NCBI GenBank assembly: GCA_965246715.1
Contig: CBDFFH010000021.1
Span: forward strand, 1-64,000
Direction of reading: 5' to 3'
DNA length: 64,000 bases
Origin: Chamaesiphon sp.
GTDB taxonomy: Bacteria > Cyanobacteriota > Cyanobacteriia > Cyanobacteriales > Chamaesiphonaceae
The notes beneath the pieces were generated by a model, which worked only from the letters and a program-made list of their open reading frames with translations, did not search any database and had not been told where the DNA came from. A program made the position numbers and the translations under genes. Positions within the stretch are counted from its first letter, which is position 1. The number at the start of each line of letters is the position of its first letter. Below are positions 1 to 9,985 of this stretch, piece after piece.

Positions 1-504
1 ATTCCGGCTGCGGAGATAGGCTGAGATCCGATCGCGTTCGCTGGATGTGAGTGTGCGTCCGCTATGATTGGTGGGGAATTGAGGCGGAGTCGAGGGAGTT
101 GGGGTGGGAGTGGTTGTAGAGGGTTTGGTATTACTCGGGAGTGGATTCTTCGGCGGGGGAACGGGAATCGGTAATGGGGATTCGCTAGGCGTGGGCAGTG
201 GCGTTGCGGGTGGTGGTGTCCTGGGGATTGGAACTGGAGTGGGAGTTGCTGGCGGTCTAGGAGTTGGAGTGGCTGTGGGTAGCGTTCGGGGAGTTGAAGT
301 GGGCGATGGCGATGTCGCTGGTGACGGAACGGTGATGGGAACTTGAGTTGGGGTCGGCGAGGGGATCGGGGTTGTTAGTCCGGGAGAAGTAATTCTTTGC
401 GCGACTACTGTTGGAGTTGGCAGCGCATTCGATCGGGAATTATTAACGCCGATCGTGATAATAGATGTAAGAAATAATCCTAAAAATAGACGCAACTTTG
501 GCAT
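1..504 (-). CDS. 5' part of a secreted Pro/Thr-rich protein, running off the left window edge
   Basis: Translated by hand from the ATG at 504: MPKLRLFLGLFLTSIITIGVNN (signal-like), then long PTPTP/PSPT low-complexity sequence with no stop before position 1. The + strand Gly/Val ORF 104..346 is its antisense shadow. Confidence 0.75.
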   Translation of the reverse strand, partial: MPKLRLFLGLFLTSIITIGVNNSRSNALPTPTVVAQRITSPGLTTPIPSPTPTQVPITVPSPATSPSPTSTPRTLPTATPTPRPPATPTPVPIPRTPPPATPLPTPSESPLPIPVPPPKNPLPSNTKPSTTTPTPTPSTPPQFPTNHSGRTLTSSERDRISAYLRSRN

Positions 505-572
505 GGAGTCTGGTGCTAACGAACTATCTCCATATGAATTAATCTCGGTCTATTTAGTTCCAGGCTTGACTT

Positions 573-1577
573 TTACATTGCCACTAACTGTCGATAATCT
601 TGCATGAATTTTTGGATTTCGGCATCTTTAGTAATGAGTGTTGCCAGCATTCCCAATTGTCCGCGCGATCGCATTAATTCCAATAGATCGGCAACAAATA
701 ATTGCACCCATTCAGCCGGAGCGACGCGACTGAGCCACTGAAAAGCATGGTACGCGCGATCGGCATCGGTTGCCTGCACGGTCAAACCGATGGCAGTAGC
801 ATATCGCGCTGAAGGCTCGCTGGGGAAGGGAATTTTGACTGCCTTGCCCAGCGAGAATCTGGGTCAAGTCCGGTAAATTACGATAGAGCGTGATTGAAGG
901 CTTGAAACTCGGCATTTGCTGCCATGCCGATCGCTGGTGCTAAATCCAGTCCGCTACAGTGTAAACTACTGGCCATCATCCACGATCGCGGCGAACACCA
1001 GGCTGGTTGGTGGGGTTCGATCTTGTGCAACAAACTCGGACGAAACGATAGAAATGCAATAATTTGGGCGTGAATACCTTGCTCCAGAGCATAAGCTTTG
1101 AAACTTGCAAAATCTGGCTCTACTTGCAAATGTAAAAACCGATTGGCTAACGGTGCTGGCATATCAAATACCCCCGCCCGATCTTCCTTGCGGTTGCCAG
1201 CAGCCCATACAAACCACTCATCAGGGACAACATAAGAACCTACGCGTCTGTCTAAAATTAACTGCTGTGCCATCCCCTGCATCGCTGGCGGAGCCATATT
1301 AATCTCGTCCAAAAACAAAATTCCCCGTCCGTTTTGTGGCAAAAATTCGGGGTGGAAACCACTTGGAAACCCCATCGGCGGCTACTGGCAATCCGCGCAA
1401 ATCGGTAGGTGCGAGTTGACTCAACCGGAGATCGATAAATTCGAGCTGGTGTGTTGTCGCGAGTTGGCTGACGATACTCGATTTACCAATCCCTGGCGCA
1501 CCCCAGATCATCGTACTAATTTTGAGATTGTTGCTAATCAGGCGATCGAGATAATTCTTTAAATCTTCAGGATTCAT
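573..1577 (-). pseudogene. MoxR/AAA_5-type AAA+ ATPase interrupted by three +1 frameshifts (pseudogene or sequencing errors)
   Basis: Walker A WGAPGIGKS lies in 1299..1577; Walker B ILFLDEIN and AAGNR...PLANRF lie in 878..1375; the C-terminus lies in 712..915 and 573..785. Removing one base in homopolymers near 1350, 894 and 835 joins the pieces into one frame. Confidence 0.85.
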
Positions 1578-1699
1578 CAGAATGGAGGTAGTGGTTTACT
1601 TGGCGATCGAAGTCCGGTAATTGCCGAACGCAAGGAGCGAGCCGCGCTATCCGAGCACAATGCGACCCGCAAGCGTAATGAGTTTTTAATTAAGCATGC

Positions 1700-2692
1700 C
1701 TACCACTTCAACAACTTGCGTAATTTTTCGCGCAGTTGGGGTGAGGTATTGGGATTACAAACAAATGAGTCGTAAATCAACCGATTTTCTGAGCCGAATT
1801 CTGCGCCAGTGCTGTGACTGTGCGCGGATCGATCGATCTGCATTCGATCCCAGATCCGATCGACGAGTTCGGTAGGCGCATGGGGATGACGAACTATTGC
1901 CAAGCGCAAGACATCCCAGGTGGTGTGAGCTAGTTCTACTAATTGAAGCGATTCCGTCGTAATTTGTTTCGCCAACCATAAAGATTGTGCCGCAGTCTCA
2001 TTCGGGGCTAGACACATCTGCGTCAATAGTCGCGCATTGAGTTGGGGATGTAGGGCGACTAAGGTTTTAAAAATCGACCCCCCAGCATGTTCGTATTCGG
2101 ACAAGATCTTTTTTAGGACAGCAACGGGTGTCTGGGGATTTTCTACAACAATCTGCGCTAAGCTATGACCGATCTCGCTAATTTCGGCAAGTAAATGTGG
2201 CGGTGTATTGGGATGTGCGGCTACGGCTCGAATCAATTCTCGATCGTGCTGGCGCGATTTCCGTGCTAAATCTTTAAGTAAATTACCAGGGGTATGCGGA
2301 TTATAAGCAACTGCCAGCCAGAGGCTATAATCTTGTTGACCGATCGCATAGTCCATAAATGCTCTAGGGACTCGCTCGCATTGCAGTAAACTAGTTAGAG
2401 TATCGTGGGGGATTCGAGCTGCTAGCTGCAACTGTTCCAATTGTAATAATTCAAAAATTGGATTTGCCAAGACTGCTTCTGGAAAATCGATGCCCAATTT
2501 CCAGAGTAAATCTGTTGGCGTATTCGGGTTACTAGCGATGAGCCGTCGTAGATCCCAATCGCGTTCGGTTGCCAGCTCGCGCAGTATCTGGGGATTGGTA
2601 TTGGGATCGACTGCGATTTGTCGGGCGGATATTCCCATATCTACTATTAAGGTAGTTTCGGTAGATACTATCTGCTCTATAGTTACTTCCAT
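1700..2692 (-). CDS. HEAT/leucine-rich-repeat-variant (LRV) protein
   Basis: Repeated A.NPNTP..LL..LA motifs. Confidence 0.75.
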   Translation of the reverse strand: MEVTIEQIVSTETTLIVDMGISARQIAVDPNTNPQILRELATERDWDLRRLIASNPNTPTDLLWKLGIDFPEAVLANPIFELLQLEQLQLAARIPHDTLTSLLQCERVPRAFMDYAIGQQDYSLWLAVAYNPHTPGNLLKDLARKSRQHDRELIRAVAAHPNTPPHLLAEISEIGHSLAQIVVENPQTPVAVLKKILSEYEHAGGSIFKTLVALHPQLNARLLTQMCLAPNETAAQSLWLAKQITTESLQLVELAHTTWDVLRLAIVRHPHAPTELVDRIWDRMQIDRSAHSHSTGAEFGSENRLIYDSFVCNPNTSPQLREKLRKLLKW

Positions 2693-2940
2693 ATTCGATT
2701 CATCGATCTCTGCTTACTCACTTATGAATTAGAGTACCCAAGCAGAAAGCCAAAAGTATTCGCGCTCGGCTCTTTTCTAAAAAATCGGCGATCGCGATAA
2801 TATCAGTCTGTGGTATAAAAACATCTTCAAAAATTACTGACTCATACTAGTATAAAATACAACTCTCGATCTCGCTATCAGTATTGGCGATCGCGATAAT
2901 AGCACCAATTTTCATCGCAGCAAACAAGCTTAATTTCTAC

Positions 2941-3904
2941 ATGCTATTCTTATTTCCTGGCGATTATTTTGACTTTAAAAAAGTAGATGAGATGTATCTA
3001 GCAGAGATGAGATCTTTGCAACAAGCTGGGTTTGCCACTGCAACTATTCCGCTCGAATCTCTCGAAGCTAAATCACCAAAAAGTCATCCAAGCCTCAGAG
3101 GGTGTCTGAAAAGCTGCTAGCGGTTGAAACCGCCGCTACCGCTGCAAAGTCGGCTACACAGACTAAGGTTTTCTGCAACCTGCGGAGGCAGGTTTTGTAA
3201 ATGTAGCCGCGATTTCAATCGCTAGGCTACCAACTCTGGGACTTTTCAGACACCCTCTCAGTCCAAAGAGCGAAGTAATTTATCGAGGCTGGATGTTGAC
3301 ACCTACAAACTATCAATTCCTAGTCGATGCGATCGAGTTGATGAGTGCCGTTGCGGTTATTTCACCAGCTAATTATGTAGCCACTCATTATTTACCAAAC
3401 TGGTATTCAGCTTTGGCAGAGTTTACGCCAGAAACCAAATTTTATACTCTCGATGACGATCTCGAATCCGAATTAACTAAATTGGGATGGGATAGATTTT
3501 TTATCAAAGATTATGTAAAATCACTAAAAACTTCAGTTGGGGCGATCGTTTCCAAGCCAGCAGAAATTCAGACAGTTATCACCCAGATGCAAAAATTTAG
3601 AGGTTCGATCGAAGGCGGAATTTGCGTGCGTCGGGTTGAAGATTTTATCCCCGCAACCGATCGCCGTTATTTTATTATTAATGGTAGATCCTTTGCTGCC
3701 GATCGATCTACCTCTATTCCCGCCATCGTTACCGAATGCGCTCGGAGGATTGACAGTAAATTTTTCTCGATCGATCTTATCGAGCGTCGCGATGGAACGC
3801 TACGAGTTGTTGAAATTGGTGACGGACAAGTATCGGGTTTAGTTGGTTGGACTACCGAGAGATTTGCCGAAATTTGGGTTAAGTGTTTGGAACACGATCA
3901 TTGA
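2941..3904 (+). pseudogene. ATP-grasp domain protein (DUF4343/R2K-like) disrupted by a MITE
   Basis: N-terminus MLFLFPGDYF at 2941. Motifs VIYRGWML, HYLPNWY, FFIKDYVKSLK and DLIERRDG..RVVEIGDGQVS. Deleting 3098-3260 restores a single frame. Confidence 0.85.
3098..3257. mobile_element. 160-bp MITE with 16-bp terminal inverted repeats and a 3-bp TCA target duplication (IS5/IS1031-like ends)
   Basis: GAGGGTGTCTGAAAAG at 3098-3113 and CTTTTCAGACACCCTC at 3242-3257; TCA at 3095-3097 and 3258-3260; internal hairpins. Confidence 0.9.
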
Positions 3905-4536
3905 CCTTGCATTTTGAAGACTACGCCGAAAGTGCGAAACAGAATTTGGCAGTCCAACCAGAAAGATTGGTGGTGTAGATAATAGATATCATGTTTGTGT
4001 TTGATTCGTGCATCTTCCATAGTGCTCCCGTAACCATAATTTACCTGTGCCCAACCAGTCAATCCAGGCTTAACCGCCAATCTGGTGGCATAGTTAGGGA
4101 TTTGAAGTTCTAGTTTCTCGATGAATTGTTGGCGTTCGGGACGAGGGCCAACGATGCTCATTTCACCGCGCAAGATATTGATTGCCTGGGGTAATTCATC
4201 GAGGCGAGTTTTGCGGATGAAGTTCCCAACTTTGGTAATCCGCGCATCACCTTTAACCGCCCATTGTGCTTGCCCTGGGCGCTCGGCATTTTTTACCATC
4301 GATCGCAATTTGTAGATCGTAAATTCTTTACCATTAAGTCCTATCCGTGCTTGCTTGTAGAAGATCGAACCAGGGCTATCGAGTTTGATGGCGATCGCCA
4401 CAAATGGAAAAACAATTATGAAAATTACTGCGATAATCGACCCACAAACGATGTCTAATAATCTTTTACCAACTTGGTCTAAAACTTTTAATTGCTCGGC
4501 AGGGATTGCTTTGAGTAATTTGTTGGGATAGTACAT
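3898..4536 (-). CDS. Sugar transferase (priming phosphoglycosyltransferase, Bac_transf domain)
   Basis: KRLLDI, F.IYKLRSM, DARITKVG.FIRKTRLDELPQ, GEMSIVGPRPE, VKPGLTGWAQV. Start chosen at ATG 4536. Confidence 0.92.
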   Translation of the reverse strand: MYYPNKLLKAIPAEQLKVLDQVGKRLLDIVCGSIIAVIFIIVFPFVAIAIKLDSPGSIFYKQARIGLNGKEFTIYKLRSMVKNAERPGQAQWAVKGDARITKVGNFIRKTRLDELPQAINILRGEMSIVGPRPERQQFIEKLELQIPNYATRLAVKPGLTGWAQVNYGYGSTMEDARIKHKHDIYYLHHQSFWLDCQILFRTFGVVFKMQGQ

Positions 4537-4938
4537 AGCTCGTTTGGGATGAGATCGTTCAGAGTGTTTAGTTATTTGAGGCGATTTGTTTTCCCTCAGT
4601 ACACCGAATCTAACATCGATATTTCGCACATTCTATCGTCACAATGACCGATTATATCTACGCTATTTGTGCAAACCAAAGTTAGCTAGATCGAGATCGA
4701 TCGAGCGATTAAAGTAGTACGATCTTCACTACGCATTATCTAGATATGAGGATATTCTGGTAGTATAAATATTACCAAAAGAGCGAATAGAACCCTAACA
4801 GAAAATTCAGGTCTGCAATCGAATCAGACGATCGCGCTAAGCTGACAGGCATTCAAATCGATCGTTCGTTGGCGGAGCCTCTCGTAAGAGAATAGTCGAT
4901 TATTAAGCTCGAAAATAATCCTCAAATACTTACTATGA

Positions 4939-4962
4939 CTAGCCACTAGCCACTAGTCACTA
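4939..4962. repeat. Short tandem heptamer repeat (CTAGCCA/CTAGTCA), STRR-like
   Basis: ctagccactagccactagtcacta; the same unit recurs at ~38711-38743. Confidence 0.7.
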
Positions 4963-5000
4963 AAACAATCAGCCATAACTCGATTTAGATGTCGAACAGC

Positions 5001-7280
5001 TTACCCTTTAAATCTTCTCAATCTCAAAGCATTTGTCACTACAGATACCGAGCTAAAAGCCATCGCACCACCAGCGATCGTCGGATTGAGCAACCACCCA
5101 AATAAAGGATAAAATAAGCCAGCCGCGATCGGAATACCGATGATATTGTAAATAAAGGCAAAAAACAGATTTTGCTTGATATTATCGAGCGTCGCTCGAC
5201 TGAGCTTAATCGCGGTAATAATTGCCTGTAAATCCGTAGAAATAATCGTCACATCGCTAGCCGCGATCGCGATATCCGTGCCTGTACCCATCGCAATCCC
5301 CACATCCGCTTGGGCGAGCGCGGGTGCATCGTTGATGCCATCGCCTACCATCGCCACGATTGCCCGATGCTTAGCGACCGATACCGATTGTAACGTGCGA
5401 ATTACTTCAGCTTTTTCTTGGGGTTTAACTTGTGCGAAGACGCGATCGATCCCCAGATTTTTTGCCAAGCGATCGGCATTAGCTAAATTATCGCCAGTCA
5501 GGAGTACGACTGACAAACCCAATTTTTGCAACCTGGCAATGGTCGCCGCAGCACTCGGCTTGACGGCATCGCTAATCCCGATAATTCCAGCAATCTCGCA
5601 ATCGATCGCCACCCAAACGACGGTTTTACCTTCAGCTTCCCATTGCTGTTGACGATCGGTCAAAATGCGTCGATTGGCGGCTTGGAGCACTGTACTAATA
5701 TTTAACGATTCGATCCAGGCACTCGAACCAACTTGGATTGACTTTTGCCCGATCGTGCCCCGAACGCCGCTTCCGACACTCGACTGAAATTCGGTGACTG
5801 GTTTTAGTCCGACTCGTCGCTCCTTGGCATAATTAACGATCGCCGCTGCGAGTGGATGTTCGGACAGCGATTCTACCGACGCTACCAATTGCAGAATAGC
5901 TAATTCATTGCCATGATAATTATCCACGACGGGAATAAAGTCGGTGACGATCGGTTTGCCGAGGGTGAGGGTACCCGTCTTGTCAAAGACAATCGTGTTT
6001 ACCCGATCGAGTAATTCTAGACTCGCACCACTTTTAATCAAAATTCCCCGCTCGGCACCTTTCCCGGTGCCAACCATAATCGCCGTGGGTGTCGCCAAAC
6101 CGAGCGCGCAGGGGCAAGCAATAATTAACACGCCCACACCCGTCATCAATGTCAGCGAGAGATCGCGCGTCAATAGCCACCATAGTAAACTCGTGACGAT
6201 CGCGATCGCGATGACAACTGGGACGAAATAACCAGTAACCAGATCGGCCAATCTTTGAATCGGTGCTTTATCGGTTTGGGCTTGGGCTACCGATCGCACG
6301 ATCTGCGCCAAGAATGTATCGTTACCGACCTTGGTAACGCGAATATTTAGATTACCAGTATGATTGAGCGTGCCACCAATAATTTCATCGCCGATCCGTT
6401 TGGTGACGTGTTGGCTTTCTCCCGTAATCATCGACTCATCAACTGTCGATTCGCCAGCAATAATTACCCCATCGACAGGAATACTCTCACCTGGACGCAC
6501 GTTGACAATGCGATCGATCTCGATCCGATCGATCGGGAGCGTAAGTTCGCGATCTCCCTCAATCACTCGTGCTACTTGTGGTTGCAGATTAATTAATTTA
6601 TCGATCGCGCCTACCGTCTGCCCTTTGGCTCTGAATTCTAATTTTTTCCCCAGCAGAATCAAGGTAATGACGATCGCGGAGGTTTCATAATATAGATGCG
6701 GATGCTGCTGGCCGATAAATTGGGGCGCGAACGTACCGACGAGTGAATAGAGATAGGTAGCGCCTGTCCCCAGTGCGATCAGGCTATTCATATTCGCGCT
6801 ACGATGCCGAGTAGCTCGGAGCGCACCCACCAAAAAAGCCTGCCCACACCAAAATTGGACGGGGGTAGTCAGGATTAATTGCCACACCGGATCGCTCAAC
6901 CATGAGGGAATCTGAGCGATCTGGCGATCGAGCATCATTGGTAACGAGCCGATAACTAACAGGACGCTGATGATGCTACCGACTAATAACTTCAGATCGA
7001 GCGCTCTCGCTGCGCTGCGTTGTTGTCGCTGTGCTGAAATCGGTGCTTTAACAACAGGACGATCGCTATCGGTTGCCGTGGCTTGATATCCAGCCTTTGT
7101 GACGGCCTGAATAATGGCTTCAGCACTAGTTTTACGCTCATCATAGACGATTGTTGCTTGTTCGAGAGCAAAATTGACATTTGACTCGATCGCTCCAGGT
7201 AAGCATGCAATCGCCCGGTCGACGGCACTAGCACAAGCTGCACAACTCATCCCGCCCAATTTCAAGCCGAGGCGTTTCAT
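5001..7280 (-). CDS. copA: Copper-translocating P1B-1 ATPase (PacS/CopA)
   Basis: N-terminal GMSCAAC, TGES, CPCALGLATP, DKTGT, SEHP, GDGINDAPAL, YN and MAFSSVSV. Confidence 0.95.
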   Translation of the reverse strand: MKRLGLKLGGMSCAACASAVDRAIACLPGAIESNVNFALEQATIVYDERKTSAEAIIQAVTKAGYQATATDSDRPVVKAPISAQRQQRSAARALDLKLLVGSIISVLLVIGSLPMMLDRQIAQIPSWLSDPVWQLILTTPVQFWCGQAFLVGALRATRHRSANMNSLIALGTGATYLYSLVGTFAPQFIGQQHPHLYYETSAIVITLILLGKKLEFRAKGQTVGAIDKLINLQPQVARVIEGDRELTLPIDRIEIDRIVNVRPGESIPVDGVIIAGESTVDESMITGESQHVTKRIGDEIIGGTLNHTGNLNIRVTKVGNDTFLAQIVRSVAQAQTDKAPIQRLADLVTGYFVPVVIAIAIVTSLLWWLLTRDLSLTLMTGVGVLIIACPCALGLATPTAIMVGTGKGAERGILIKSGASLELLDRVNTIVFDKTGTLTLGKPIVTDFIPVVDNYHGNELAILQLVASVESLSEHPLAAAIVNYAKERRVGLKPVTEFQSSVGSGVRGTIGQKSIQVGSSAWIESLNISTVLQAANRRILTDRQQQWEAEGKTVVWVAIDCEIAGIIGISDAVKPSAAATIARLQKLGLSVVLLTGDNLANADRLAKNLGIDRVFAQVKPQEKAEVIRTLQSVSVAKHRAIVAMVGDGINDAPALAQADVGIAMGTGTDIAIAASDVTIISTDLQAIITAIKLSRATLDNIKQNLFFAFIYNIIGIPIAAGLFYPLFGWLLNPTIAGGAMAFSSVSVVTNALRLRRFKG

Positions 7281-7313
7281 AGTTTCACACTAACCTTAGA
7301 ATTAAATTAATTA

Positions 7314-7511
7314 TCATTTGGAGACAGTGTATCCCGTATCCACGATCGCCTTTTGGAGTGTCATTACGGGTAAGTCACTCTCAATTTGCACTAGCTTAGT
7401 ACTGGGATCGGCAGCAATCTTTGCTTGTGGATCGATCGCACGAATCGCTTGACTAATCTTGTCAACACAGGCACTACAAGCTAGATCTGAGACAGTAAAT
7501 GTAGTTTGCAT
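7314..7511 (-). CDS. copZ: Copper chaperone (Atx1/CopZ, HMA domain)
   Basis: 65 aa with LACSAC and GY near the C-terminus, directly upstream of copA. Confidence 0.9.
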   Translation of the reverse strand: MQTTFTVSDLACSACVDKISQAIRAIDPQAKIAADPSTKLVQIESDLPVMTLQKAIVDTGYTVSK

Positions 7512-7794
7512 GACTTTATTTAATAGTGACTTCTTTTAGTTTAACTTGTGGCAAGACGACCGGAACGAGTCGATTTTTGCGTCTGTGTGTGCCCTAACTA
7601 TCTGCGATCGGCTGTTTGCGGTTCGAGTAGCAAAATTCACGTTCGACGATGACAAGATCGGATTAAAATCTGTAACTGCAACTAAAAAATGCGGCTCGAA
7701 ATTCTTGACCTTGTTAGCGAACGATTTTGCTCTTAGGAGCGGGACGATCGATCTTGCTCATGAAGTTTAAACGGCATATCAGTAGGTAAATTTT

Positions 7795-8949
7795 ATGAAT
7801 CGCTCCCGATTATCGTCCGCTACGGCCAGTGATTCATCGCTACATCCCGCTCGCTCGGCCAAGACTTCTGAAAATTCATGGTTGCTACCATTTACGCTCG
7901 GCAGTAGTTTGCTAGTAGCGGGGATTTGGTTTTTTCAACAAGCTGGCATCGGGCATCTGAACGTTCGCATCCAGCAACTTCAGCAAGAGATCGATCGACT
8001 GCCCAAAACTGTCGCACCCCTCGAACGACTCAATCTCCAAAAAGAGCAAATCGCCCTCGATCGCGATCGGATCGCCGTTCAAAATGGGGTCTACAACTTA
8101 TTATTTCAAGGGATCGGTGCTACGCTCTTGGGAGGACTGGTGTATAGTGGTTGGCGGTACTTACGACTCACAGACGCACGGTTGCAAACGACTAATCAAA
8201 AGCAAATTACCGATCGATTCAGTCAGGCGATCGCTTATTTAGCCAGCGATAAAATGGAGGTGCGCCTGGGGGGAATCTACACTCTCGAACGGCTCGCACA
8301 AGAGTCACCTGCAGAATCCTGGGTGACGATCGAAATCCTCACGGCATTCGTGCGCGAACGCTCGACGCGCGTGGTGGAGACACCCCCGCCACTTGTGGGT
8401 GTCGATATCCCTAAGCAACAACGTAAACCGAGTATCCCTCGGATTCCCACTGACGTTCAAGCGGTGATGACGGTGTTGAGTCGCCGAGATGTCAGTCAAG
8501 ATCGGGAAGATCGCACGATCGAATTGCGTGGTAGCAATCTCCGGGCTGCGGATCTCAATGGGATCGAGTTGTGGGGTGCCGATTTGTGGAAAGTCAATCT
8601 CCGTGAAGCGCAATTGTGGCAAGCTAAATTAGCAGGTGCTTCGCTCGGACGAGCCAATCTCAGCGATGCTAGTCTCTGGCAAGCCGATCTCGAAGGTGCT
8701 TATCTATGGAAGGCAAATCTCGAAGGTGCCAATCTCACTGAGGTCAATTTGGAGCAAGCAAATCTCGAAGATGCCAATCTCAAAGGTGCCAATCTTTACC
8801 ACACCAATCTGGTTAATGCCGATCTGCGTAAATCTGTCGGATTGACCCACGCTCAACTCAGTAGCGCTATTTGTGATGAAACTACTCAATTACCTGATTA
8901 TATTGAAGCGGTTGGGTCGGGAATATTAAATAGTAAACCTCTTGCATGA
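7795..8949 (+). CDS. Membrane-anchored pentapeptide repeat protein
   Basis: Two hydrophobic segments, an RFSQAI.YL...RLGGIY.LERLA domain and C-terminal A(D/N)LXX repeats. Confidence 0.88.
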   Translation: MNRSRLSSATASDSSLHPARSAKTSENSWLLPFTLGSSLLVAGIWFFQQAGIGHLNVRIQQLQQEIDRLPKTVAPLERLNLQKEQIALDRDRIAVQNGVYNLLFQGIGATLLGGLVYSGWRYLRLTDARLQTTNQKQITDRFSQAIAYLASDKMEVRLGGIYTLERLAQESPAESWVTIEILTAFVRERSTRVVETPPPLVGVDIPKQQRKPSIPRIPTDVQAVMTVLSRRDVSQDREDRTIELRGSNLRAADLNGIELWGADLWKVNLREAQLWQAKLAGASLGRANLSDASLWQADLEGAYLWKANLEGANLTEVNLEQANLEDANLKGANLYHTNLVNADLRKSVGLTHAQLSSAICDETTQLPDYIEAVGSGILNSKPLA

Positions 8950-9119
8950 ATTAAAGTAGCTGGGCGAATTTATTCTCCAGCATTCATGCAGCAGAGCTGA
9001 GTTTGCACGAAGTCGAGCCGATCGTCTAATGCTGCGAGCTGCCGATCTTCACTTAGCACAAACTACAAGTTAATCAGTGTAATTACAGGTTACAAATTAC
9101 AAACATAGCTACTTGACCG

Positions 9120-9177
9120 ATCGTGTATTTAGTGTTTCACTGAATGAACGCTCGGAACAAAACGCTATATATTGTCT
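9120..9177. promoter_or_regulatory. Putative tandem NrdR boxes
   Basis: ACGCTATATATTGTCT (9162-9177) resembles acaCwAtATaTwGtgt. A weaker inverted copy at 9120-9135 lies 42 bp upstream. Confidence 0.45.
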
Positions 9178-9335
9178 ACTATTAGCGATCCCCCAAGCGC
9201 GATTCACTGGCACGATCTGGCGCGTTCAGCTCCTTGGCACATGGTTCCTAACTGAAAATTTGGCTCGTTTTACCTAGCATCCGATTTGACAATTCAATAT
9301 TCATCTAGACAACACTTCAGTACTTTACCTAGAAT

Positions 9336-9869
9336 ATGGTCGCACAACTCAATACTCATCCAGATAACGCTTCTGTCAATCATAATAATTTAATTCAGAC
9401 TGCCGATCGCCCGCTACCCAATCGGGTTCGGATCGTTGATACGCCAGGCGGCAAGTTCGCCAGTGAGATTGTCTCAGGCGCGCTGGAGATTGCCGGGTTA
9501 GGGAGACGCGTACTCGTCGTCCAACTCCTCAAAGGTGGTATTCGTCAAGGTCACGATCGAGTGGTCAATCTCGCTCAAAATTTAGATTGGATTCGGTGTA
9601 ACTCCCTGCGAAATCTCGTTACGCCAGATTTGAGCGATTTGGAACTACACAACTTTCAGCTGCTCTGGCAACACGTTAGGAGTATAACCAATTTGGGCGA
9701 ATATTCGCTGGTCATTTTAGACGGATTGAGCCACGCGATCGATCTCGGACTGATTGGAGTCGAAGCGGCAACAACTTTTCTAACTCAGCTACCGCAGGAT
9801 GTCGATGTCGTACTGACAGGGACTAATCCACATCCCGCTATTTTAGAATTGACTTGCAATCGATCCTAA
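9336..9869 (+). CDS. CobO/BtuR-like (cob(I)alamin adenosyltransferase family) protein with a degenerate P-loop
   Basis: G.RVLVVQLLKGG, Y.LVILD.L..AI.LGLI and DVVLTG...HP motifs; the canonical GKGKTT is absent. Confidence 0.75.
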   Translation: MVAQLNTHPDNASVNHNNLIQTADRPLPNRVRIVDTPGGKFASEIVSGALEIAGLGRRVLVVQLLKGGIRQGHDRVVNLAQNLDWIRCNSLRNLVTPDLSDLELHNFQLLWQHVRSITNLGEYSLVILDGLSHAIDLGLIGVEAATTFLTQLPQDVDVVLTGTNPHPAILELTCNRS

Positions 9870-9939
9870 TCAGCTCCAAAAATTTTCCTTTAATCTAAAA
9901 GTTGCACTCTCAGGCAAGTAACGGTGTGTCGTCCACACA

Positions 9940-9969
9940 AAAGAGCGGTTCCAGTCGGAACCGCTCTTT
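9940..9969. terminator. Bidirectional intrinsic terminator between convergent genes
   Basis: AAAGAGCGGTTCC-agtc-GGAACCGCTCTTT, a perfect 13-bp stem with A/T flanks. Confidence 0.8.
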
Positions 9970-9985
9970 ATTTATTTAGCATTAT

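Noticed and set aside
104..346. Gly/Val-rich + strand ORF
   Set aside because: Antisense shadow of the Pro/Thr-rich minus-strand gene.
7546..7770. 74-aa ORF between copZ and the pentapeptide gene
   Set aside because: TTG start, no recognisable motif, and it lies in a divergent promoter region.
9079..9093. Possible NtcA site GTA...TAC
   Set aside because: The spacing is 9 nt rather than the canonical 8.
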